Source: an uncultured bacterium
GTDB taxonomy: Bacteria > Abyssobacteria > SURF-5
Reading direction: 5' to 3'
DNA length: 64,000 bases
Assembly (NCBI GenBank): GCA_964607485.1
Contig: CAZSKP010000013.1
Coordinates: forward strand, 21,366 to 85,365
Numbering within the stretch: position 1 is the first letter of the stretch; each line of letters begins with the position of its first letter. The notes below the pieces were generated by a model. It worked only from the letters and a program-made list of their open reading frames with translations, searched no databases and was not told the DNA's origin. This document shows positions 38,909 to 48,155 of the stretch, piece by piece. Position numbers and translations under genes: made by a program.

Positions 38909-41848
38909 TCAAGGCACGGCGACTTTCCGCTTCTCTGTTTCCAATCTCTTGATAGCCCTCAGGGCGACCATACCCGCGGCGTCGTCGCTGTACGTGTCGG
39001 CGACCGTGGAGTACATCAGACGAGCCTCGGCCGTCTGTCCATCGCGCTCGAGCAATCGCGCCACCTGGAGCTGGACGCGCTCGGCCCACCCGGCCGGGAA
39101 CCCGCCTCGCGCAATGCCGATGAGTTCGGCGATGGCCTCGCCGCCCCGATCGAGTTCAGCGAGGCACTCCGCGATGGCAAAGCGCGACCTGGCCGCCAAC
39201 TCGGTCGTCTCGCCCCCCGCGGCCGCCCTGTACTGCTCGATCGCCTCGTCGAATCTGCCCGCTCGCTGGAGCGCTTTTCCCCTATCATACAGCACGAGGG
39301 GTCGCAAGGGCGACTCGACATTGCCTTCGATGAACCGCTCAAACTCGCGGGCCGCATCGTCCGCTCTGCCGGCCTCGATCATGCATTCCGCGGCCTCTAT
39401 CCTGGCCTGTTCGATGAGGGGGCTTTTGGGAAAGCGCTGGCCCAACAGTTGAAATATCTCTATGGCCCTCGGGTAATCCGACGATCTGCAGGCCGCTCTG
39501 GCTGCGAAAAAGAGCGCGTCGTCGGCCAGCGTCGACGTAGGATACGTCTCACTTAGACCGAGCAGATTGTTCACCGCGCTTTCCCATCGGCCTGAGGCGT
39601 AGTCCAGTCTGCCCTGCCAGAAACGCGCCTGCTCTGCCATGGGGCTCTGAGGGAACTCCTCGAGCAACCTGCCGAACGCCTCGGCTGCCGCGTCCTGGTT
39701 CGCCACGCTCATCTCCGCGCAGGCTGTGCCGTAGAGCGCATCTGCGCGAACGCGAGGCCCGCGGCCCGACGCCAACGCCTCTCTGTAAAGCGCGAGCGCG
39801 TTTTCCGGATGATTCAACTTTTCCTCGCACACGCCCGCCCATATCATCGCGTCCGGTGCGAGCGGATTTTCCGGGAAGCGCTGGAAGAATTTTTCGAATT
39901 CCGGTTCGGCGACTTTTGGGAATCCTTGTTTGTAATGAGCGGCGGCGGCAAAAAACTGAGCCGAATCGCCAAGGTGAGAGTGGGGAAAGCTGGAGGAAAA
40001 CCGCCCGAAGAGTTCTCCCGCTCCGGAGTAATTCCCTCGCTCAAACTCGGCCCATCCGTATGCGAAGGCCGCCCTGTCGGCGAGTTTGAATCCAGGGTTG
40101 TTGTATAACAGAAGGCGAAATTGTTCGGCTGCGTCGGCGAAGTCTCCCCTCTTCATTTGAGACAGCCCGAGAAAATATCTGGCGGGCGTCGCGGTCGGAT
40201 AGCGGCGGATTACCTCCTCGAGAAAGGAGGAGGCGTCTCCGTATCTGCCCAGGCTCAAGTTTGCCAGGCCGCTCTGGTACAGGGCCGATATCGCCATCGC
40301 ATCATTCGGCCATTTCTTAAGAAACGCCTCGTGGGAACTCGCCGCCTCGGCCAGCTTTCCGGCTCTCAGAAGCGAGTTGCCCCTCATGTAGCCGGCCAGC
40401 GGAAGCAAAATTTCCGGCCTGCCTCTTTTGATAAAGCGGTCGAATTTTTCGCTGGCCCGCGCAAACTGCGATTCCCGGAACAGGCAAAGGCCCTCGTAGT
40501 AGGTTATCTGCGGCCACCTGTCCAAGGTTCGTTCATCCGTCGAGAGCTGCGTCAAAACGAGACGGGCCTCGCCGAACTGTTGTGCCAGAATGAGCGAGCC
40601 CGCCAGGGCGAAAAGGAGGTCGGGCGAGCGCTTGGAGGAAGCCCTCGTGTCGAGAAACGAGCGCAGTGTTTCCGCCGCGACGGTCGGCTGGTCGAGATTC
40701 AGCAAGCACGCAGTGCGCAGAAGAGCCGACGACTCATCCAGAGGATCGCAACTGGTTTCTCGGATGATTGTCGAAAGTCGAGCCGCGGCGCCGGCAAAAT
40801 CGCCCAGCCCTGCCTGTGCGAGCGCCAGCTGGTAAGAAACGGAGCATCTCTCCGCTCTGTTACCCGCTTCTTCGAACAGTTTCTGAAAGACGTTTTCGGC
40901 TCTTTTGTAATCGCCGGCTCTGAGGTAACAGTTGCCCAGCGTCAGCCTCGCTGTCCTCGCCGTCTCCCGCTGAGGCTTTTTCGTCAGCAGTTTTTCCAAG
41001 ACGGCTATCGACTCTTTTGGCTGCCCCGTTTCCGCCAAAAGAAGCCCCGCCCTCAGCAGCGCCTCTTCTCCCAAAGACGATGGAATATCGCCGGTGCCGG
41101 CCCGCAGGTAGTGTTGTATGGCCGCCCGCCTGTCGGCTGTGTCGAAGTAATCGGCAGCGAGGAGGAACTCGGCATTGCCTCGGAGCAGACTATTAGGGAA
41201 TTCCTTGAGAAACCTCTGTCGTGCTTCTATCGCATCGGCATACCTGCCCAACCGTTCCAGGCACCAAGCGGCCGAATCGAGCGCATTCTCTCTGAGGCCG
41301 TGGCGGGGATATTCGTCGAGAAATGCATTGAATCGCGCGAGCGCGCCCGAGTAATCTCCTCGCCGGTAGAGACATTCTCCCAACCAGTAGAGCGCGTCGG
41401 CGAGAATCTCGCTCTCCGGGTACGAGTCGGGGATCGCTTCAAGGGTCCGGGCAGCTCTGTAGTAATCGAGCATGCCGCATTGCGCCATGGCCAATCCGTA
41501 TGCGGCCATGTCGGCGTGCTCCCATTCGGGATGCTCGTCGATGATTTCCGAAAACGCCGCGACTGCTCCAGGATAGTCGGCGCGCCTGTAGAGTATCTGG
41601 CCCAGCAGATACTTCGCCTTCAGCAATCTGCGCCCACCCCTATGACTATCAATAAATTCCTCGAGCAGACTCTGCGCTTCGAGCAGGTTTCCCGACGCGA
41701 CGGCCGCGCCTGCCCGCCGGAACTCCGCCTCCTCGTCCGCCGATGCGAAGCGGGACAGAGCCGCGAGCAGACACATTGCGATAATCGAGGCGAGCAGAAG
41801 CGGAAGCACAGCCAGCTTGCTGTCCATTTTGCAAGCAAGAAGTTTCAT
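38909..41848 (-). CDS. Large exported tetratricopeptide-repeat protein (BamD/CpoB-like repeats), about 980 aa
   Basis: Signal peptide ending FASA; more than 20 repeats of A...F..F...YP.S.LA..A.Y..G. ATG41848 follows a GGAGG RBS. Confidence 0.88.
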   Translation of the reverse strand: MKLLACKMDSKLAVLPLLLASIIAMCLLAALSRFASADEEAEFRRAGAAVASGNLLEAQSLLEEFIDSHRGGRRLLKAKYLLGQILYRRADYPGAVAAFSEIIDEHPEWEHADMAAYGLAMAQCGMLDYYRAARTLEAIPDSYPESEILADALYWLGECLYRRGDYSGALARFNAFLDEYPRHGLRENALDSAAWCLERLGRYADAIEARQRFLKEFPNSLLRGNAEFLLAADYFDTADRRAAIQHYLRAGTGDIPSSLGEEALLRAGLLLAETGQPKESIAVLEKLLTKKPQRETARTARLTLGNCYLRAGDYKRAENVFQKLFEEAGNRAERCSVSYQLALAQAGLGDFAGAAARLSTIIRETSCDPLDESSALLRTACLLNLDQPTVAAETLRSFLDTRASSKRSPDLLFALAGSLILAQQFGEARLVLTQLSTDERTLDRWPQITYYEGLCLFRESQFARASEKFDRFIKRGRPEILLPLAGYMRGNSLLRAGKLAEAASSHEAFLKKWPNDAMAISALYQSGLANLSLGRYGDASSFLEEVIRRYPTATPARYFLGLSQMKRGDFADAAEQFRLLLYNNPGFKLADRAAFAYGWAEFERGNYSGAGELFGRFSSSFPHSHLGDSAQFFAAAAHYKQGFPKVAEPEFEKFFQRFPENPLAPDAMIWAGVCEEKLNHPENALALYREALASGRGPRVRADALYGTACAEMSVANQDAAAEAFGRLLEEFPQSPMAEQARFWQGRLDYASGRWESAVNNLLGLSETYPTSTLADDALFFAARAACRSSDYPRAIEIFQLLGQRFPKSPLIEQARIEAAECMIEAGRADDAAREFERFIEGNVESPLRPLVLYDRGKALQRAGRFDEAIEQYRAAAGGETTELAARSRFAIAECLAELDRGGEAIAELIGIARGGFPAGWAERVQLQVARLLERDGQTAEARLMYSTVADTYSDDAAGMVALRAIKRLETEKRKVAVP

Positions 41849-41982
41849 CCGGATTGCCTCCGACGGTTTTCGCCGGAAATCGTTCGAAATGGCGGCCTGC
41901 AAGTGGCGCCAGCCCTGACAGCAGATTGGCCGCTGCCGTGCACCGAGGGCCTTGCGCTGTGGGCGGACGGGATGAATTTCCT

Positions 41983-42852
41983 CTAAGGGATTATCTGAGT
42001 TCCGATACCCTTGTCGGTGAATATTTCCAGCAACAGCGCGTGAAGTATCCGGCCGTCGATTATGTGCGTCTTGCTCACGCCCTCTTTCAGGGCGCACTCG
42101 CACGCCTCCACCTTCGGTATCATGCCGCCTTCGATCACGCCGGTGTCTATCAATTCCTTGATCTCGGACAGTCTCACCGTGGATATGAGAGTCGATTCGT
42201 CTCCCTGTTTTCTGAGGATTCCCGGAGTGTCCGTGAGCAGGACGAGTTTTTCGGCCTTCAGCGCCGCCGCCGTCTCACCCGCCACGGAATCGGCGTTGAT
42301 GTTGTAGGTTTCCCCGTTCTCGCCGACCCCGATGGGCGCGACGACGACGATGTAGCCATCGTGCGCCAGAGACCTTATCAGGTCGGGGTTTATTTCGGTC
42401 ACCTTGCCGACGAACCCCATGTCCACCCCCGATGCGTCCTCCGGGTACAACTTCGTCGAGCGGATGAGGTTGCCGTCTTTTCCCGATATGCCCACCGCCT
42501 TGCCGCCCGCCTGATTTATCAGTGTGACGACCTCCTTGTTGATTCGGCCCACGAGCACCATCTCCACAATGTCCTTGGTCTCGTCGTCGGTCACCCGCAT
42601 GCCCTTATGGAAAACCGGTTTCTTGCCCATCTTCGCCATGACGTCGGAGATCGCCTTGCCGCCCCCGTGAACGACGACGGGGTTCATGCCCACATATTTC
42701 ATCAGCACGATGTCGCTGGCGGTCGTCTGCCTGATATGTTCGCCTTCCATCGAGCTTCCGCCGTACTTGATGACGACGGTTTTCCCGTAGAATTTCCGGA
42801 AGTAGGGAAGGGCCTCGCTCAGGATGTTCGCTTTCTCGATGTATTCTTCCAT
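41983..42852 (-). CDS. argB: Acetylglutamate kinase
   Basis: VIKYGGS, VHGGG, GMRVTD, YNINAD, GGMIPKV, ALLLEIFT. Confidence 0.97.
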   Translation of the reverse strand: MEEYIEKANILSEALPYFRKFYGKTVVIKYGGSSMEGEHIRQTTASDIVLMKYVGMNPVVVHGGGKAISDVMAKMGKKPVFHKGMRVTDDETKDIVEMVLVGRINKEVVTLINQAGGKAVGISGKDGNLIRSTKLYPEDASGVDMGFVGKVTEINPDLIRSLAHDGYIVVVAPIGVGENGETYNINADSVAGETAAALKAEKLVLLTDTPGILRKQGDESTLISTVRLSEIKELIDTGVIEGGMIPKVEACECALKEGVSKTHIIDGRILHALLLEIFTDKGIGTQIIP

Positions 42853-42877
42853 CTCCGCATCCTTTCCTGTGCCGAGC

Positions 42878-44089
42878 TCAGGTGCGATAGGAGGCGTTTA
42901 TCTTCACATAATCATAGGAGAGGTCGCAGGTGAGCACGGCCGCCGATTCGCTGCCCGAGTGGAGGTCAACCATGAGGCTCACTTCCTTCTGCGAAAGAAG
43001 TTCCTTGGCCTGTTCCTCGTCAAAGCTTTGCGGGCAGCCGGCCTTCAGGAGCGTCAGTCCGGCCATATGCACGTCGATAAGCCCGATGTCTATCTCGACG
43101 CCCGCCCTGCCTGCGGCCGCGACGATGCGGCCCCAGTTTGCGTCGTTCCCGAATATCGCCGTCTTTACCAACAGCGAGTTCGCTATCGTCTTGGCAATTT
43201 TTTGGGCATCCGTCTTTTCGGCAGCCCCGACGACCTCTATTCGAACCAGCTTGGTCGCGCCCTCGGCGTCGCGAACGATCATTTCCGCCAGTTTCGCGCA
43301 CACGTGTTGAAGGGCCGAATGGAATGCCTGGTAGTCGTCCGAAAACTCATCGATGGACGGCGTGTCAGAGGCGCCGTTCGCCATAGCGAGCACCGTGTCG
43401 TTTGTGCTTGTGTCACCGTCCACCGTGATCGAGTTGAATGACGACTCGGCCGCGACCTGAAGCGCACGCAAGAGGAACGCGATTTCGATCTTGGCGTCCG
43501 TTGTTATGAAGGCAAGCATGGTGGCCATGTCGGGGCAAATCATCCCCGCGCCCTTGGCCATTCCGCCGATGACGATTTCCCCTCTCGAGAGAGGCACTTT
43601 CACCGCCGCAGTCTTTGGAAATGTGTCGGTCGTCATTATCGCACGTGCCGCATCTTCGCTTCCCTCGCGGCTCAGAGAGGATGTCAGCTTCTTTATACCC
43701 GCGACTATCCTGTCAATTGGGAGATTCTGGCCTATGACGCCGGTGGATGCGACCGCCACCTCGTACGGCGGTATGCCGAGGCACTTCGCCGCTGCCTCGG
43801 CCATCGCCTCCGCGTCGCGCATGCCCTGCTCGCCGGTGACGGCGTTGGCATTTCCGCTGTTTGCAACTATGGCGCGCGCAGCGCCTGCCTCCACCACTTT
43901 TTGCGAATAGAGAACTGGCGCGGCCTTCACAAAATTCTTTGTGAACAGGCCCGTCAGTATTGCGGGCTGCTCGGAGAAAATTATCGCCAAGTCGGATGCG
44001 TCGTCTTTTTTGACTCCGCAGTGCAGTCCGCCCGCAAGAAATCCCACGGGCGCGGTCACGCCGCCCGGAATTTCAATCAGTTCCGGCAT
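42878..44089 (-). CDS. argJ: Ornithine acetyltransferase / N-acetylglutamate synthase
   Basis: NSGNANA, STGVIG, IMTTDT, KGAGMICPDMATML, DGDTSTND, DANWGR, INASYRT. Confidence 0.97.
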   Translation of the reverse strand: MPELIEIPGGVTAPVGFLAGGLHCGVKKDDASDLAIIFSEQPAILTGLFTKNFVKAAPVLYSQKVVEAGAARAIVANSGNANAVTGEQGMRDAEAMAEAAAKCLGIPPYEVAVASTGVIGQNLPIDRIVAGIKKLTSSLSREGSEDAARAIMTTDTFPKTAAVKVPLSRGEIVIGGMAKGAGMICPDMATMLAFITTDAKIEIAFLLRALQVAAESSFNSITVDGDTSTNDTVLAMANGASDTPSIDEFSDDYQAFHSALQHVCAKLAEMIVRDAEGATKLVRIEVVGAAEKTDAQKIAKTIANSLLVKTAIFGNDANWGRIVAAAGRAGVEIDIGLIDVHMAGLTLLKAGCPQSFDEEQAKELLSQKEVSLMVDLHSGSESAAVLTCDLSYDYVKINASYRT

Positions 44090-44100
44090 GAAGTGGCCCC

Positions 44101-45147
44101 CTATGGAGTAAGCCCGCCGAACCCGAGCCCGCTCTGCTCAGGCAGGTCGAACATTATGTTCATACACTGGACCGCCTGCCCCGCGGCGCCTTTGCACAGG
44201 TTGTCTATGGCGGATATCGCGATGAGCTTGCGCGTCCTGCGGTCATACGCCAGCCCGATATCGCCGTAGTTGCTCCCCCGCACGAACCGCAGCTCTGGGT
44301 ACGAGCCCGGCTCGCAGATTCTGACGAATGGCGCGTTCTTGTAGAACTGCCGGTACATCTCGACCAGCTTCTCCGACGAAGTTTCAGAGTGAGCGCCGGC
44401 CGCGACGGTGGTCAATATGCCCCTGTTCGCGGGAACGAGGTGGGGCGTGAAAAGGACTGTCATCTTTTCGCCGGCGAGTAGTGAAAGCTCCTGCTCGATC
44501 TCTGGCGTGTGCCGGTGCGAGGTGATCCCGTAGGCCCGCAGGTTGTCGGCGATTTCGGGGAAATGCGTCTGCGCAGTGGGCGTCTGTCCCGCGCCAGAGA
44601 CTCCCGACATGGAGTTGATGACTATCTGTTTCACGTCTATCAGCTTGTGCTTGACCGCGGGCGCCAATGCGAGCAGGGCGCCTGTGGGGTAGCATCCGGG
44701 CAACGCCACAAGCTGCGCGTCGCGCACCTCTTCCCCATGCAATTCGGGCAAGCCGTAAACGCTCTTTTCGAGCAGGGCCGGCTCGGTGTGCGCGGCCTTG
44801 TACCAGCCTTCGTACACCTTCGGGTCTTTCAACCGAAAATCCGCGCTGTAATCGATGACGCGGACGCCCTCCTTGACGAGGCCCGCCACGATGGGCATCG
44901 CCTGGGTGTGCGGAATGGCGAGGAATACGGCGTCGCATTTCTTGGCGATGTCGCCCACGTCGAGCTCGACGAGCGGCATGTCCAGTATTCCGCGAAGGGC
45001 GGGGAAAACGTCGGCGATGTTCTTTCCCGCAAACTGGCGCGAGGTGAGAGCCGCTATCTCGACAGAGGGATGGCCCGCAAGCAATCTGACCATCTCGCCG
45101 CCGGTGTAGCCGTTCGCCCCGACGACTGCGACCTTGAGCTTCTTCAT
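44101..45147 (-). CDS. argC: N-acetyl-gamma-glutamyl-phosphate reductase
   Basis: GANGYTG, SADFRL, YGLPE, PGCYPT, SGVSGAG, HRHTPEI, DNLCKGAAGQA. Confidence 0.97.
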   Translation of the reverse strand: MKKLKVAVVGANGYTGGEMVRLLAGHPSVEIAALTSRQFAGKNIADVFPALRGILDMPLVELDVGDIAKKCDAVFLAIPHTQAMPIVAGLVKEGVRVIDYSADFRLKDPKVYEGWYKAAHTEPALLEKSVYGLPELHGEEVRDAQLVALPGCYPTGALLALAPAVKHKLIDVKQIVINSMSGVSGAGQTPTAQTHFPEIADNLRAYGITSHRHTPEIEQELSLLAGEKMTVLFTPHLVPANRGILTTVAAGAHSETSSEKLVEMYRQFYKNAPFVRICEPGSYPELRFVRGSNYGDIGLAYDRRTRKLIAISAIDNLCKGAAGQAVQCMNIMFDLPEQSGLGFGGLTP

Positions 45148-47402
45148 CGTCTGCGGCCCTTCTTTCCCTTTTTCCCCGCCGAGGACCGACCTCCGCGGGT
45201 TCTGCGGCCTGCGGCGGCCGCTCTGCCCGCGGCTCGTTTGCCCTTCTTACTCTTCTGCGCGGGGCGGGTTTCAACCTCACCATCCGAAAGGACGAAATCC
45301 ATCCGTCTTTTCTCTATGTCCACTTTTACCACCTGGACGCTGACTTCGTCGCCCAGCCGGTAGCTTTTTCCCGTGTTTTCGCCCAGCAGACAATGCTTGT
45401 CCTCGATGAACGTGTAGTAATCGTCGTCGAGAGAACTCACATGCACCATTCCCTCGGCCAAAAAGTCGACCAGCTCGACGAACAGGCCGTAGGAGTGGAC
45501 GCCCGTTATTCTGCCGTTGAACACGTCTCCCACCTTGTTGCTCATGAACATGAGTTGCTTGGTTTTGAGCGACTCGCGCTCGGCCTCCATCGCCTCCCTT
45601 TCGCGCAATGAGCAGTGTTCGGCCACCCGTTCGAGCTGCTCGGCGTATTCCCCTTCCACGAGCTTGGCGCCTCCCTTGGCGAGCATCCGCAGTATCCTGT
45701 GAACGACGAGGTCGGGATAGCGCCTGATGGGCGAGGTGAAGTGCGTGTAACAATCGCACGCGATCCCGAAGTGGCCCGCGTTCTCCGAGGAATAGCGCGC
45801 CTCCTTCAGCGAGCGCAGCATGAGATAATTGATGAGCGTCTCTTCAGGCCGGCCTTGCGCTTCGTGGGATATTCTTTGCAGACCGCGGGGCGTCATCGAC
45901 TCTTTTTCGCCGAGCCGATAGCCGAGCGAGGCGATGAATTCACGAAACGCGTCCATCCGTTCCGGGTCGGGCTCCTCGTGGATGCGGTACATCATGGGGG
46001 CCTTGAGCGCGGTCACGTGGCGCGCGACCGTTTCATTCGCCTTCAACATGAATTCCTCGATGAGCTCGTGCGCGATCGTGTGTTTTTGCAGCACGATGTC
46101 AATGACCTCGCCCTCGCGGTCAAAGATGGCGCGGGCCTCCGGGAAATCGAAGTCCAGGCTCCCTCGGGCCATCCTCTTGGCCCGGAGCGTCCGGGCGAGC
46201 TTGTTCATTGTGTGGAGGCTCTCGGCGACATCGGCGTATTTCTTGGCCAGCGCCTTGTCTCCTTCCAGAATTGCATACACATCGTCGTATGTCATTCTGT
46301 GGTGGGAGCAGATAACGCTGTCGAATATCTCGTGCCCCACGACGTTTCCCTTCTGGTTTATCTCCATCTTGACGCTGAACGCGAGCCGGTCTTCCTTTTC
46401 TCTGAGGCTGCACAGGTCGTTGGAAAGCCGCTCCGGCAGCATGGGCAGCACACGGTCTTCGAGATAGATGCTGGTTGCCCTGTCGTAGGCCTCGTCGTCG
46501 ATGATGCCCCCTTGCTCGACATAGTAACTCACGTCGGCGATGTGGACGCCGAGCAGATAGTTTCCCCGGTCGTTGATCTCTATCGAGACCGCATCGTCGA
46601 AATCTTTCGCGTCGACGGGGTCGATGGTCACCATCGAGAGTTTGCGCAAATCGACGCGCGAGCGCAGTTCCGTCTTGGGAATCGCCCGAGGGAGCTTCTC
46701 CGCGGCCTTCAGCACGTTGGGCGAAAACTCCGCGGCGAGGCCATGTTTGCGAATCAGAAGCTCCGTGTCGAGTCCCCTGTCGCCCCGCTGGCCGAGCACC
46801 TCCACGATCTTTCCCTCGGGATTCCTATGATGGGAGGGATATTCCGTTATCTCGGCGGAGACGACCTGGCCGGGCTCGGCTCCGAGCGAATCGGCGAAAT
46901 TAACAAAAATGTGCTGAGTTATCCTGTTGTCGATGGGCACGACGAATCCGAAATTGCGCCCCTCGTCGTACATGCCCACTATGTTGCGATGCGCGCGTTC
47001 GAGCACGCGGATTATTTCCCCTCGAACCCGTTGGCTCGTGAGATGGCCCGACACTCTGATGACCACCTTGTCGCCGTGCATCGCGCCGCCGATGTCTCGG
47101 CCGCTCACGTACACGTCGGGCAGGTTCACCTGTCCCGGCCTTGGCAGAGGCCGAACGAAGCCGTACCCGTCCGGATGCCCGATGAGGTTGCCGACGACAA
47201 GGTTCATGTGCTCGGGCACGCCGAACCGTCGGCCGCGGGTCTGCACGAGTTCTCCCGTCTCGATGAGGTCTTTCACGGCGTCTTTGAGGCCGCGGAGCGA
47301 TTCGTCGCCCACCTCGAGCCGGCGCGCGATCTCTTTCATCTTCAACGGGCGGTTGGCCTCCTCGCGCAGCATCAGAATAACTTTTTCCTTGAGCTTTTCC
47401 AT
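45144..47402 (-). CDS. rnr: Ribonuclease R
   Basis: N-terminal HTH and CSDs, TIDPVDAKDFDDA, HFTSPIRRYPD, S1 domain, basic tail. Confidence 0.97.
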   Translation of the reverse strand: MEKLKEKVILMLREEANRPLKMKEIARRLEVGDESLRGLKDAVKDLIETGELVQTRGRRFGVPEHMNLVVGNLIGHPDGYGFVRPLPRPGQVNLPDVYVSGRDIGGAMHGDKVVIRVSGHLTSQRVRGEIIRVLERAHRNIVGMYDEGRNFGFVVPIDNRITQHIFVNFADSLGAEPGQVVSAEITEYPSHHRNPEGKIVEVLGQRGDRGLDTELLIRKHGLAAEFSPNVLKAAEKLPRAIPKTELRSRVDLRKLSMVTIDPVDAKDFDDAVSIEINDRGNYLLGVHIADVSYYVEQGGIIDDEAYDRATSIYLEDRVLPMLPERLSNDLCSLREKEDRLAFSVKMEINQKGNVVGHEIFDSVICSHHRMTYDDVYAILEGDKALAKKYADVAESLHTMNKLARTLRAKRMARGSLDFDFPEARAIFDREGEVIDIVLQKHTIAHELIEEFMLKANETVARHVTALKAPMMYRIHEEPDPERMDAFREFIASLGYRLGEKESMTPRGLQRISHEAQGRPEETLINYLMLRSLKEARYSSENAGHFGIACDCYTHFTSPIRRYPDLVVHRILRMLAKGGAKLVEGEYAEQLERVAEHCSLREREAMEAERESLKTKQLMFMSNKVGDVFNGRITGVHSYGLFVELVDFLAEGMVHVSSLDDDYYTFIEDKHCLLGENTGKSYRLGDEVSVQVVKVDIEKRRMDFVLSDGEVETRPAQKSKKGKRAAGRAAAAGRRTRGGRSSAGKKGKKGRRR

Positions 47403-47503
47403 TCAGCCCTTTCGTCTTCGAACGTAGATATTTGTCAGCATGAGGCTTACAGAAGCAAAAAAGCCCGACTGTTCTTATATCGAGCCCCGGCCAAATTTCG
47501 GTT

Positions 47504-47533
47504 ATTATAGCGTAACGCAGAATCTTGTGTCAA
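47504..47533 (-). promoter_or_regulatory. Sigma70 promoter upstream of rnr-argCJB
   Basis: Minus strand TTGACA-18 nt-TATAAT. Confidence 0.75.
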
Positions 47534-47613
47534 TGAGGATTGCACACAAGGCAATGGGGAAAACGCGCAAATTTCCTTCTGAGCGTGCGTGAGGGAAAGA
47601 ACTTCAACTCGTC

Positions 47614-48144
47614 TCATTCCACGAGTATCAGCCCGTGGAAGAACCATTCGTCTTCGCTGGATTTCTTCAAATCTGCGGGGATACTCGCGTTTCTGAGCGT
47701 GGCGAAGACATCTATGCCAAGCGCTTCCATCGATGGGCGCGCCTCTTCGGGATGACGGCAGGGTTCATCGGGGTCGGTGCACTCGGCGCACAGCATACAC
47801 GGCCCGCCGCGCAGCCCGAGCGCCAGATAGTGGCCCAGGAGAAACGCCTTCCGCTCGACCGCGACGACGATCTTGTTTATCTCATCCGGGCGCGTCTTCA
47901 CCAAAACTCCCCACCGGTACCGCCTGAGGGCGCGCTCGAACTCCTGTGGGAGCGGCGTGTTGGGCGGGCACATCTTCGATGAATCGTATGAAGGGCAGCC
48001 GTACAGGCACTTGTAGTACACGCGCTCGTCGGTGACCACTTTCTCGACGGGGATTCTCTTAGCGACGACGGCTCCTTGTCGTTTCGCGTAGGCCTCGAGT
48101 TTTTGCAGGTCTTTTTCGATGTCCGACGCAGACTTTCGTTTCAT
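47614..48144 (-). CDS. DUF2284 family predicted metal-binding protein
   Basis: KCLYGCPSY..CPP, ERKAFLLGHY, GPCMLCAEC, CRHPEEARPSMEALGIDV. Start moved to ATG48144. Confidence 0.85.
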   Translation of the reverse strand: MKRKSASDIEKDLQKLEAYAKRQGAVVAKRIPVEKVVTDERVYYKCLYGCPSYDSSKMCPPNTPLPQEFERALRRYRWGVLVKTRPDEINKIVVAVERKAFLLGHYLALGLRGGPCMLCAECTDPDEPCRHPEEARPSMEALGIDVFATLRNASIPADLKKSSEDEWFFHGLILVE

Positions 48145-48155
48145 CGTTGAAATGG

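Noticed and set aside
40121-41986. Long antisense and alternate-frame ORFs (e.g. 40121..41986, 45615..47510, 2537..3766, 49965..51293, 27445..28677)
   Set aside because: They are shadows of well-supported genes, expected at high GC, and show no recognisable motifs.
41849-42103. Upstream extensions of the TPR, DUF2284, IorB, GlcD and endonuclease ORFs in the track
   Set aside because: Each overlaps the neighbouring gene; downstream ATGs with an RBS or stop-start coupling fit better.
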